From contig NZ_CP180230.1 of the NCBI RefSeq assembly GCF_047555085.1, positions 540,001 to 572,000 on the forward strand: a stretch of 32,000 nt of DNA, in the 5' to 3' direction. Positions 1 to 7,981 of this stretch are shown piece by piece (positions within the stretch are counted from its first letter, which is position 1; the number at the start of each line of letters is the position of its first letter). The position numbers were made by a program, and so were the translations under genes. The notes below the pieces were generated by a model. The model was not told the origin of the DNA. It searched no databases and saw only the letters and a program-made list of their open reading frames with translations. Source of the stretch: Candidatus Saccharimonadota bacterium (GTDB lineage: Archaea; Nanohalarchaeota; Nanosalinia; Nanosalinales; Nanosalinaceae).

Positions 1-741
1 TGCAGAAGGACTATTATCATTATTAAGAGGTCTCACATAGTCTCCATTGCCCCACTCGTAAAGCGTCTGGATTTCAGATTGAGAAAGAGACCGGTTGTAT
101 ACCCTCATAGGGCCGCTTGTAAAATCTGTATATGTCTCTGACTTTCCATCCCCCTTGTTCCTTGCACCCATGAAGTATGCACAGTTCTCTGAATCATGAT
201 CTGTCTGGAAGTTAGGCATTCCATCGAAGGCCTCAGAGGCCTTTTGTACACCATCTACAAAAAGCCTGATCTGTGATCCATCGCAAGTTACCGTTATATT
301 GTACCATTTATCAGGATCTACAGATTCTCCTGTTGAAATATGATATCTCTGAGTTGAAGAACTACCTTCACCTCTATACGCTCTCAAGTATATACCGCCT
401 TCAGCCCAAGTGCCATCATCTACACCTACAGAAATCGAATTATCATTACCGGCATTTGAACCATCATAATCCGTCACACCTTCCATTGTATTGGCCGTGG
501 TATTTGGCTTGATCCATCTAGAGATGCTAAAACTACCTCCTGCAGAAATTAAATCATTCATAGATCCTATATTGACATATCCGCTATTCCCCTCGAAGCT
601 TATTGCCTCAAGGCCTCCTTTACCAGCTACGCCCTGTGTAAGGCCTCCGTTCAGATTCCCGTGATTTCCGTTGCCAGAAAGATCATAGGCCTTTGATCCG
701 GATTTTTCGTGTAGAGGCCACCAGCCAATCAATCCAGTCAT
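1..741 (-). CDS. LamG / concanavalin-A-like lectin domain protein. Partial: the N-terminus is in the window and the C-terminus runs off the left edge.
   Basis: Not in the ORF track because no stop lies in the window. My reverse-strand translation from the ATG at 741 is open all the way to position 1 (247 codons). It reads MTGLIGWWPLHEKSGSKAYDLSGNGNHGNLNGG...SFSISRWIKPN...DKWYNITVTCDGSQIRLFVDGV...MRVYNRSLSQSEIQTLYEWG, the typical LamG_3 pattern. There is no N-terminal signal peptide. Confidence 0.75.
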   Translation of the reverse strand, partial: MTGLIGWWPLHEKSGSKAYDLSGNGNHGNLNGGLTQGVAGKGGLEAISFEGNSGYVNIGSMNDLISAGGSFSISRWIKPNTTANTMEGVTDYDGSNAGNDNSISVGVDDGTWAEGGIYLRAYRGEGSSSTQRYHISTGESVDPDKWYNITVTCDGSQIRLFVDGVQKASEAFDGMPNFQTDHDSENCAYFMGARNKGDGKSETYTDFTSGPMRVYNRSLSQSEIQTLYEWGNGDYVRPLNNDNSPSA

Positions 742-919
742 CTCTACTTAATCTTTGTAGAGGCCTGTGTTAAATCTGTTTGCAGAGAAACGGGAAATTT
801 TAGGAGAAAAATTGATGCAGTGTCCGAAAATCTCAATGAGATTTTCTTAAGCAAGCAAATGAGAAAATTTGCGGCCGAAGCAGTATCTGCTTCTCTGAGC
901 ATCAAAAGAAATTTTTTGA

Positions 920-991
920 TGCGGTGTCCGGGATTTGAACCCGGGTCGCGTGCATGGCAAGCACGAGTCGTAGCCACTGGACCAACACCGC
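920..991 (-). tRNA. tRNA-Gly (anticodon GCC)
   Basis: The reverse complement GCGGTGTTGGTCCAGTGGCTACGACTCGTGCTTGCCATGCACGCGACCCGGGTTCAAATCCCGGACACCGCA folds as a cloverleaf. The acceptor is GCGGTGT/ACACCGC, the anticodon stem is CGTGC/GCACG with loop TTGCCAT, and the T arm is CCGGG-TTCAAAT-CCCGG. No CCA is encoded. Confidence 0.93.
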
Positions 992-1102
992 TTTCCTGTG
1001 TAAAGTAAGAAGTGGTGTTACTGTTTTAAATTAAATGTGGAGGCCTGTAACATGTCAAGAAAATGCCGCTGATTTAAATTAGATACGGGGTAAAAACTTT
1101 CC

Positions 1103-1342
1103 ATGCCTGAGACAAAGATGTCGAAATGTGTTTTCTGCGGGGAATCCGCAACAAAGAAAAACTCCGCCGGACAGCCGGTCTGTAACGAACACAAGGACGA
1201 CGATCCGAAGGAAGTTGCCTGTCCGGAATGCGGGATGCCGATGAAGATCAAGGAAGGCCGCTACGGATTCTTCTGGGGATGCGAAGGATACCCTCAGTGC
1301 GAGGAAACTTTCCAGGTAGAGGCCCTGATCGACGACGAATAA
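1103..1342 (+). CDS. Small zinc-ribbon protein with a topoisomerase-type C4 zinc finger
   Basis: 79 aa. It has CxxC...C pairs (CVFCG..CNEH; CPECGMPMKIKEGRYGFFWGCEGYPQC). The latter matches the zf-C4_Topoisom pattern. The AT-rich box ATTTAAATTA lies about 28 nt upstream. Confidence 0.65.
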   Translation: MPETKMSKCVFCGESATKKNSAGQPVCNEHKDDDPKEVACPECGMPMKIKEGRYGFFWGCEGYPQCEETFQVEALIDDE

Positions 1343-1382
1343 AAAACAAAAACTTTTATTGTTACCTGTAGATAGTTACAGC

Positions 1383-2084
1383 ATGAGTGGTGCTGATTTC
1401 TTCGATACCAGGATGGAAACAGTAGATGACGTGGTTGAGAAGATGGATCAGTTCGAAAAATTTCTTGATGAGAGAGGCCTTGAAAGTTTCAGGCCTTTCC
1501 TGAGAGCATACAGAAAAATTACTCTGAAAGTGATTCAGGCCTCGGAAAAAGACGTCTTCGATAATCCGGGGAAGCTTGAGGAGCTTGATATCCGTTTCGC
1601 AGAGCCTTACTTTGAGGCAATGGAGAAATATTTTCTTGAAGGAGAGAAAAAACAGCCGTGGAAAGAATACCTGAATTACGTTGAGAGAGATGATTCAAGG
1701 CCTGTGCTGGAGCTTTTGCTTGGTATAAATGCACATATCAACGCTGATCTGGGCCAGGCGATGAAAGAAACTGATTACAGCGAGAGACAGGACTTCGAGG
1801 AGATAAACAGGATTCTTCTGGAGGCATTGATCCCTGTAATGGCCGATACAGCTGTACAGAGGAAAGATTTCGAGACACTGGGATTCCTGGGCGTACAGCC
1901 TGTAGCATTCCTGGGCCTGAAAAAAGTAGTTCAATGGAGAGAACAGGCCTGGAAGAACAGAAATAAGGACATCACGGTACTGAGAAAAGAAACAGAGAGG
2001 AAAGCCTGTGAACTGATCGGCATAAGACATGATAACTCGCTGAAAGGCCTCTTCGAGAAGCCAGGAAAGATTCTTTCTGCATGA
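1383..2084 (+). CDS. Hypothetical protein, DUF5995-like
   Basis: The track ORF 1359..2084 starts at TTG, and I prefer the in-frame ATG at 1383. The pattern FRPFLRAYRKIT...FDNP...LDIRFAEPYFEAM...LLLGINAHINADLGQAM resembles the DUF5995 signature (NAHIN.DL). The family call is from memory. Confidence 0.6.
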   Translation: MSGADFFDTRMETVDDVVEKMDQFEKFLDERGLESFRPFLRAYRKITLKVIQASEKDVFDNPGKLEELDIRFAEPYFEAMEKYFLEGEKKQPWKEYLNYVERDDSRPVLELLLGINAHINADLGQAMKETDYSERQDFEEINRILLEALIPVMADTAVQRKDFETLGFLGVQPVAFLGLKKVVQWREQAWKNRNKDITVLRKETERKACELIGIRHDNSLKGLFEKPGKILSA

Positions 2085-2130
2085 AGTCCAGTATTAAATA
2101 ACTATACGGATTCAATAATTTACACGAAAA

Positions 2131-2263
2131 GGGCCTGTAGCTCAGCTGGACAGAGCACTCGGTTCCTAATACCTGCTTCTGCGAAGAATCCGGGTTTGAG
2201 AAAATCTTTTTGATTTTCGATGGAAATACCGAGAGGTCGAGGGTTCAAATCCCCCCAGGTCCG
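2131..2263 (+). tRNA. tRNA-Arg (anticodon CCU) with a 59-nt intron at 37/38 (intron 2169..2227)
   Basis: Exon 1 is GGGCCTGTAGCTCAGCTGGACAGAGCACTCGGTTCCTA. Exon 2 is ACCGAGAGGTCGAGGGTTCAAATCCCCCCAGGTCCG. The anticodon stem is CTCGG/CCGAG. The intron 3' segment GGAA pairs with U32-C35, flanked by the 3-nt bulges UAA and AUA, giving a bulge-helix-bulge. The acceptor contains a G3:U70 wobble and the T stem has one A-C mismatch. Confidence 0.85.
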
Positions 2264-2384
2264 TAAACTCTTTTTGAGGGATTTGACAGCGATCAAGAAA
2301 ACAGAGAGTTTTCGGCGGGTTCGAATCTCATCAGGCTCGAAAATTTTTCCCTAACTTTTTTGTGGAGGCCCTCTACAAATTTTT

Positions 2385-3272
2385 CTATATAGAGGCCATC
2401 GCTACTCCAATAACTATCAGTAATGTGGCAACGAGTTTCTGGACGAGTATTTTTCTGTCCAGTGGTTCATGGATGATTTCAGGATGCAGTTTGCTGATTG
2501 CTGTTGCTGCGAAGAAGATCAAAAGAAATCTTGTCTTTGTAATTGTTGAGACAAGTACTACTGAGCCGAGTGAGACTGCGAGGAAAAACGTGGCCTGTGC
2601 GACTCCTGAGACAAGGCCTGAAAGCATCATGAGTTCAAGGCCTTCAGTATTTTCTTTTATGGCTTCGCGTGATCTGTAGATCAGAGGTGCTGAGAACAGC
2701 ATTCCCATGATTCCGAAGTAGAATAGTAGAGGCCAGATCTCGATTCCTGTGGACACGTGTTTGAATATGACTTCTCTGACTGAGTATGCGAATGCGGATG
2801 CGAGTGCTGCTGCAAGGCCCCAGCTGGACTTCATCTTTCTCAGGCTGTGCAATGGATCTTCAAGCGAGATCAGGATACATCCAAGTACTGTCAGGGCGAC
2901 TCCTGCATATGCAAGAGGTGTTAAAAGCTCCCCTAGAAAGATGAATGAAAGTACCGAGATGAATACTATATCGAATGAAAGTACTGGTGCGAAACGTGAT
3001 ACTTCTTCGCTGCCGACTCCGGAGAACCAGAAGTAGTTGGCCAGTACGTAGAGGCCTCCGATCAGGACTCCTGCGAACAACGTGCCTGGATTGAAGCTGA
3101 ATCCTCCGATGAAGTAGGATATAACGACTACTGCAAGACAGTTGAAGAATGCGTGGAGGCCTCCTGTCCCCATTGGATCATCGAGTTCTGAATCGATCAC
3201 GAACTTGTCAAGTAAAACAACGAACGCCCAGCCGACTGCTGCAGCAAGCGCAAAAAGTATCCATAGCTCCAT
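2385..3272 (-). CDS. EamA/DMT-family membrane transporter
   Basis: 295 aa with about 10 hydrophobic helices arranged as two EamA-like halves. It starts MELWILFALAAAVGWAFVVLLDKF. Confidence 0.7.
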   Translation of the reverse strand: MELWILFALAAAVGWAFVVLLDKFVIDSELDDPMGTGGLHAFFNCLAVVVISYFIGGFSFNPGTLFAGVLIGGLYVLANYFWFSGVGSEEVSRFAPVLSFDIVFISVLSFIFLGELLTPLAYAGVALTVLGCILISLEDPLHSLRKMKSSWGLAAALASAFAYSVREVIFKHVSTGIEIWPLLFYFGIMGMLFSAPLIYRSREAIKENTEGLELMMLSGLVSGVAQATFFLAVSLGSVVLVSTITKTRFLLIFFAATAISKLHPEIIHEPLDRKILVQKLVATLLIVIGVAMASI

Positions 3273-3718
3273 GGAAAAAATTTCCTGACAGCGTTTATTA
3301 ATATTTCAGGCCTCTTTGCTCCAGAGAAAAATTCCTGTTTTTCATACAGGATTTTTCTGGATACTGTAGGCACTCTTTAACTGGATATTAAAGAAATTTG
3401 AGAAAGTTAGAGGCCTTCTAGTTGCATTCAAGGCTGCCTGATGTTCTAGGCATCGGATACTGTGCCATGAACAACTGCATTGAGCCTTCCATGTCGGCCT
3501 TCGAGTTTATGTCAATTTTTCCCCTCATTTTTTGATTTCCCCTCCCAAGGTAAGTTTTTCTTCCGTAATCCATGCTTGTCCGCGGTAGAATTTAAAAAGT
3601 TTGGTCCTGAAGTAGAGTGGCTTATTCACTGTGTAAACAGAACTTTCGCCCCTGGCAGGCGATTACCGAGAGATCAGTCGGTATTTTATTATTCAGAGAA
3701 AGAAAATTAGTTTCCCAG

Positions 3719-4849
3719 ATGCATTCGGCACCATACGAGATAAAAATCAGAGCGGATTCTGGGGAGGCCTCCAAGGAGCACAGTTTCCGCTCAGCACCCG
3801 GTATTTCCAGGCCTGAAACAGCTTTGAGAGAGGAAATCATGCTTTTGAAAGCGGCAGATATAGAAACTACTTCATCGGTGCTTGTTATCGATTCAAGGAT
3901 CGGTATAGAGGGCGTGGTGATCGGTGATAGAGCAAGGAACGGCAGAGTGATGATGACAAGCTCCCGTACACGTGAAACACTGCTTTCGGAGCTTAACAGG
4001 AAGAGAAACGATCCAGAGGCCTCTACAGAAGTCATGCTTACATCGAATATTTCAAAGGACTCTCTCAGGAAGTACGAAAGAGCTGTCTATGCGCCAAGGG
4101 ATAAAGATCCACTCTACCTTGTTAAACAGAAGATGGTGGAGGCTTCACAGGTTCTGCGTGATTCAGGGATTCTTTACATCTCCTCAAGCAGCAAAGTTGC
4201 CTCGAAACTGAAGGATTTCGCCAGTGAGTTTGGAGAAGTACGTGAAACAGTGGAGAACGGCGTTTCCGTACTTGAGATAACTGTTGAAGAGGCCTCTACA
4301 GAGAATGTTGTGGAGGAAAGCCGGCTACAGCACTCTATCAAAGGAGAAAAAGCAAAGTTCAAGGCACTGAAAGGCCTTTTCACGGGCAACGACATGAATC
4401 GCGTTGAGATGCTTTCAAGGGAGATAAGCTCAGGAAAAGGCAAATTACTGGATGCCTCATGTGGATTTGGACTTGTAGGCATATTTGCATCGAAACTTTA
4501 CGGCTATGACGTAGACTTCACAGATAGAGACAGATATATGACAGACTACACAGAAAACAATGCCTCCTTGAACAATCTGGAAGACTTTGAGGCCTTTACT
4601 GAAGATGGAGTGGAAAATTTTCCGTCGATGAAGTACGACGTGATCACCTATCAGGTGAGCGAAGGTTTTGACAGCAAAGTTTTCCGCCAGGATATGAGAG
4701 ACTGTTTCAAGGCCCTGAAGAAAGGAGGAGAGTTATTCGTGGCTCACAGGAAAGATTTCAGGCCTGAAGGTACGTTGAGAACTGTCTTCGGGAACTGTGA
4801 TGTGCGGAGAAGGGAGTTCGATTTCCAGGTTTCTTCAGCTGAGAAATAG
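3719..4849 (+). CDS. Class I SAM-dependent methyltransferase, two-domain RsmC/COG2813-like
   Basis: The track ORF 3617..4849 was trimmed to the in-frame ATG at 3719 (MHSAPYEIKIR...). The C-terminal half has SAM motif I, LLDASCGFGLVGIF, and motif GGELFV. The upstream 34 codons are non-acidic and look non-coding. Confidence 0.6.
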   Translation: MHSAPYEIKIRADSGEASKEHSFRSAPGISRPETALREEIMLLKAADIETTSSVLVIDSRIGIEGVVIGDRARNGRVMMTSSRTRETLLSELNRKRNDPEASTEVMLTSNISKDSLRKYERAVYAPRDKDPLYLVKQKMVEASQVLRDSGILYISSSSKVASKLKDFASEFGEVRETVENGVSVLEITVEEASTENVVEESRLQHSIKGEKAKFKALKGLFTGNDMNRVEMLSREISSGKGKLLDASCGFGLVGIFASKLYGYDVDFTDRDRYMTDYTENNASLNNLEDFEAFTEDGVENFPSMKYDVITYQVSEGFDSKVFRQDMRDCFKALKKGGELFVAHRKDFRPEGTLRTVFGNCDVRRREFDFQVSSAEK

Positions 4850-4940
4850 GATTTTCGGTGTTTACTGGTGTAAGGGATTGCTTTCTGGAGCGTCTACCGG
4901 TGCATATAATTTATTAATAATGCGGAGGTATTGGTTAAAC

Positions 4941-5642
4941 ATGGCTGACGACGATTCAGATTTTAAAGATATTCTAGAAGGAACGGTCGATGAAGTGAAG
5001 GATCGAATCAGGGATCTTGACACACCTGATTACGAAGGCCTTCTGGATGCAGAGAAAGAAGGTAAAGACAGAAAAACTGTGAAAGAGTTCCTGGAGTCCA
5101 AGCTTCCTACAGATGATGAGGAAGAAGACTCCGAGGAAGAGTCCGAGGAGGAAATAGTCGAAGAGATCGAAGAAGAGACTTCTGGAGGTCTACTGGGATC
5201 TTACTCGCCGACATCTGTACTGGCGGGCGGAGTTATCCTAGGCCTTGTAATCGGATTCGTAGCAGCAGGTTTCGCAGGTGTCTCCGGAACTGCAGATACC
5301 GGAACACAGGCTGATGCAGAACTGGTAAGACAGTCTGTTCAGACAGTTGCAGGCGTAGGACTTAACACTACTCCTGACGTTTCAGAGCCTGTTGTCAGAC
5401 ACTCCATGTACAACATGAACGTTTCTACTGACGTACCTACAGAGAACGGTACAGTCACGCAGTCACAGGAAGTATTCGTCACACTTGACGGAGAATACCT
5501 GTTCATCGCTCAGAAACAGTTCGGACAGTACATCAGACCACTTGACCTTCAGAACGCTGTACAGCGCGCACAGGCAGCACAACAGCAGCAGACGGTCAAC
5601 GAGTCCCAGACAGGCGACTCCTCGGATAACACAACCGAGTAA
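4941..5642 (+). CDS. Hypothetical single-pass membrane protein with an acidic N-terminal domain
   Basis: The track ORF 4797..5642 was trimmed to the ATG at 4941 (MADDDSDFKDIL...). It has a poly-E/D linker, a TM segment VLAGGVILGLVIGFVAAGFAGV, and then an extracytoplasmic T/Q-rich domain. Confidence 0.6.
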   Translation: MADDDSDFKDILEGTVDEVKDRIRDLDTPDYEGLLDAEKEGKDRKTVKEFLESKLPTDDEEEDSEEESEEEIVEEIEEETSGGLLGSYSPTSVLAGGVILGLVIGFVAAGFAGVSGTADTGTQADAELVRQSVQTVAGVGLNTTPDVSEPVVRHSMYNMNVSTDVPTENGTVTQSQEVFVTLDGEYLFIAQKQFGQYIRPLDLQNAVQRAQAAQQQQTVNESQTGDSSDNTTE

Positions 5643-5720
5643 AAACTTCACTCCACATTTTTCTTTTATTTTCTCCAGCTTCCGGAAATTTTCTTAATTG
5701 TTGACAGACCAGTCTCTAAC

Positions 5721-6278
5721 ATGAAAACTGTTACAGTAATAGGAGGCGGAGTCTCAGGCCTCCAGGCAGGAGTATTCACAGCTAAAGCCGGAGAAGACAC
5801 TCTTGTACTTGACACAGGAGAATCTCTTGTAAAAAATACGTCAAATATCAAAAATCTAATAGGCCAGGACTCTATAGCCGGAAATGAACTACTGAAAAAA
5901 GGAAAAGATAAACTCGAAAGATTCAACGGCGAACTGAAAGAAGAAAAAGTAGAAAAAGTTGAAAGAACAGATGAAGGCCTCAAAGTAACGACTTCTGAAG
6001 ACGAGTACATGACCGAATACGTCGTAGTGGCCTCTGCCGGAAATCTTGATTTCCTTGAACTCGATGTAGAGTTCGAAGACGGCGCTGAAGGCCCATACAT
6101 GATGGATAAACATCTGAAGACCGACGACTCCAACAAGGCCTGTGAAAACGTTTATGCAGCCGGCCTGGCGAACTCCTGGGAGTACCAGACGTCTATCGCT
6201 ATCGGAGACGGTGCGAAAGCTGCTGTAAATCTTCTCAGCGATCTCAGGGATGAGCCTTACACAGATCACGATACCTAG
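5721..6278 (+). CDS. FAD-binding oxidoreductase. It is thioredoxin-reductase-like but has only the FAD domain.
   Basis: 185 aa. The N-terminal dinucleotide motif is VIGGGVSGLQAG..DTLVLD. The C-terminal part VYAAGLAN...AIGDGAKAAVNL is typical of the second half of the TrxR FAD domain. There is no second GxGxxG/A NAD(P)H domain and no CxxC. Confidence 0.7.
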   Translation: MKTVTVIGGGVSGLQAGVFTAKAGEDTLVLDTGESLVKNTSNIKNLIGQDSIAGNELLKKGKDKLERFNGELKEEKVEKVERTDEGLKVTTSEDEYMTEYVVVASAGNLDFLELDVEFEDGAEGPYMMDKHLKTDDSNKACENVYAAGLANSWEYQTSIAIGDGAKAAVNLLSDLRDEPYTDHDT

Positions 6279-6289
6279 AGGCCTCTCCA

Positions 6290-6946
6290 ATGAAGTACGA
6301 CGCAGTGATCTTTGACTTTGACGGAGTTCTCATCGACTCAGGGTTCGATGGGTTTGAATGGGCTTTAAAGGAGCGTAAAAAACTGGCAGAGGTGAATGGC
6401 TGGGATATAGACTTTGAAACAGTCGGACAGGGAGTATTCCAGCCACAGGACGTCGAACTGGAGAAGATCCTTGAGAAGGAGGGCCTTTCCTGGGAGCAGC
6501 TGAAACTTCTTGAGAAAGCTGTTGCGGAGAGGAAAGTCGAGATGGCCTCTACAGGAGAGCTTGAAATCTTCAACGACGCTGAAATAATTCTGGAAGGCCT
6601 TGACTGTCAAATGGCAATCGTCAGCAACGCGTACAACGACTATCTAGCAGGAATAATGGAAGGCCTGGAGATCAAGGATTATATGGATTTCTGGATCGCT
6701 CCACGTATCGAAAACATACGCAGCTACCGGGAGAGAATGAAACCGGAACCAGAGATGGTCGAAGAAGCGCTTGAAGAGCTCGGTACAAGGAATGCGATAA
6801 TGATCGGGGACCAGATAGAAGATATTATGGCAGCCAGAAAGGCAGGCATCGACTCGATATACATAGACAGGAACGGCGACACCGAGGAAAAAGCAGATCA
6901 CTCCGTTGAAAGCCTGAAACAGGCCCTGGAAATCATCCGGAGTTAA
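6290..6946 (+). CDS. HAD-superfamily hydrolase (phosphatase-like)
   Basis: Motif I is VIFDFDGVLIDS, motif II is IVSNA, and motifs III/IV are K...GDQIEDIMAARKAGI. Confidence 0.85.
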   Translation: MKYDAVIFDFDGVLIDSGFDGFEWALKERKKLAEVNGWDIDFETVGQGVFQPQDVELEKILEKEGLSWEQLKLLEKAVAERKVEMASTGELEIFNDAEIILEGLDCQMAIVSNAYNDYLAGIMEGLEIKDYMDFWIAPRIENIRSYRERMKPEPEMVEEALEELGTRNAIMIGDQIEDIMAARKAGIDSIYIDRNGDTEEKADHSVESLKQALEIIRS

Positions 6947-7670
6947 CTTTCTCTATCATCTTCTCCAGGCCTTCTATTAGACGCGGTGAAGGCCTGTTCA
7001 ATAGAGAATCATCGACTACATAGACTTCCTCGTTGTCAACGGCGGATATACTCTGCCAGTCGCTTCTCTTCTCCAGTTCCTGCGTGCTCAAGGCATCTCC
7101 AGCACCGCAGATATTCATGAAAATATATTCAGGATCAAATTTCTTCAGTTCATCTATTTCAAATTCTCTGCTTCTCTCGCCGTCTTCCAGGAACGGTTCT
7201 CCGCCGGCTTTTTCGATCAGGCCTGGAATCCAGTTCCCTGATGCCATCGGCGGATCCATCCACTCCTCGCAGTAGATTCTCGGCGATCCCTCAAACTTGA
7301 GGCCTTCCAGATCGTTTTTCATCTCTTCTACAAGTTTTTCAGCTTCTTCCTTTCTGTCCACGACTTCTCCGATCTCGATTATACTTTCAAATACTTCTTC
7401 AATGGAGTGAGGCTTCACCTGGTGTACTGGAAAGCCTTTTTCCTGGATTTTTTCGACGGCCTCGTCCTGAAGATCATCCGATGCCAGGATCATATCGGGA
7501 TCGAACTCTATGATTCTCTCGATCTTGGGATTCGTCCATCCTCCGATACTCGGCTTTTCCAGGGCCTCTTCCGGATAACTGCACAGCGAAGTCGTTGCGA
7601 CGATATCGTCTTCAGCTCCGATAGCATACAGAATTTCGGTGTTCGACGGCGCCAGGGAGATGACTTTCAT
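6933..7670 (-). CDS. BtuF/TroA-like (class III) substrate-binding-protein homolog without a signal peptide
   Basis: 245 aa. It starts MKVISLAPSNTEILYAIGAEDDIVATT...GGW..P..E.I....PDMILAS...NRPSPRLIEGLE, matching the Peripla_BP_2 pattern. There is no leader or lipobox. Its 3' end overlaps the convergent HAD gene by 14 nt. Confidence 0.75.
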   Translation of the reverse strand: MKVISLAPSNTEILYAIGAEDDIVATTSLCSYPEEALEKPSIGGWTNPKIERIIEFDPDMILASDDLQDEAVEKIQEKGFPVHQVKPHSIEEVFESIIEIGEVVDRKEEAEKLVEEMKNDLEGLKFEGSPRIYCEEWMDPPMASGNWIPGLIEKAGGEPFLEDGERSREFEIDELKKFDPEYIFMNICGAGDALSTQELEKRSDWQSISAVDNEEVYVVDDSLLNRPSPRLIEGLEKMIEKVNSG

Positions 7671-7727
7671 GGAGAAAATTTTGAGGCCTGAAAGTTTTAC
7701 AAGTATTTTTACAACAAGATTTTTTCT

Positions 7728-7949
7728 GTGGATCTGAGTTTTCGAAGCTTCATCAAAGATATTGCATTCAGGATACTGATGGCAGCTGCAGGAGTAGGCC
7801 TCTTCGTATCTCTCGCACTAGCCGGCGACTACTTCGATATAGGCCTTCTTCAGTCATCCGGAGGAATACTTCTCGTACTCCTGATTGGAGGCCCCGTTAC
7901 ATTCGTAGTGGCTCTTTTACTGTACTACACGGCTGGAAAAAGAGTTTAA
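7728..7949 (+). CDS. Small two-TM membrane protein (hypothetical)
   Basis: 73 aa from a GTG start, with an alternative ATG at 7779. It has two hydrophobic helices. An AT-rich box lies about 20 nt upstream. Confidence 0.45.
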   Translation: MDLSFRSFIKDIAFRILMAAAGVGLFVSLALAGDYFDIGLLQSSGGILLVLLIGGPVTFVVALLLYYTAGKRV

Positions 7950-7981
7950 CTTTTTGCTCTCAAAAATTTGATACAGTTTCT

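Noticed and set aside
744-1008. Track ORFs 744..977 (-) and 820..1008 (+)
   Set aside because: Both overlap the clear tRNA-Gly gene (920..991) and its flanks. Their composition is not acidic like the real proteins here.
3590-3680. Possible SRP RNA helix-8-like (GGTCCTGAAGTAGAGTGGC) or RNase P CR-like (ACAGAAC) motifs in the long intergenic region
   Set aside because: Only short partial matches exist. I could not build the conserved GNAR-tetraloop/AGCA symmetric loop or the GAGGAAAGUCC element, and local GC is not elevated. This is left as an open question in the findings, not a call.
3617-3718. 5' extensions of several track ORFs (3617, 4797, 16879, 23209, 19957, 16758)
   Set aside because: The extended N-termini are basic, Cys-rich or low in acidity, unlike the downstream protein. 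They overlap upstream genes or promoters. Internal ATGs give canonical N-termini (for example MCGIVG for GlmS and a signal peptide for the surface protein).
3622-4035. Antisense or shadow ORFs throughout the track (for example 3622..4035, 5666..6136, 5889..6290, 9149..9406, 13371..13877, 17296..17835, 22601..22912, 26009..26431, 26432..26743, 30296..30841, 31296..31697)
   Set aside because: Each lies opposite or out of frame within a CDS that has strong family signatures. Their Ser/Leu/Arg/Cys-rich, non-acidic composition is typical of non-coding frames.
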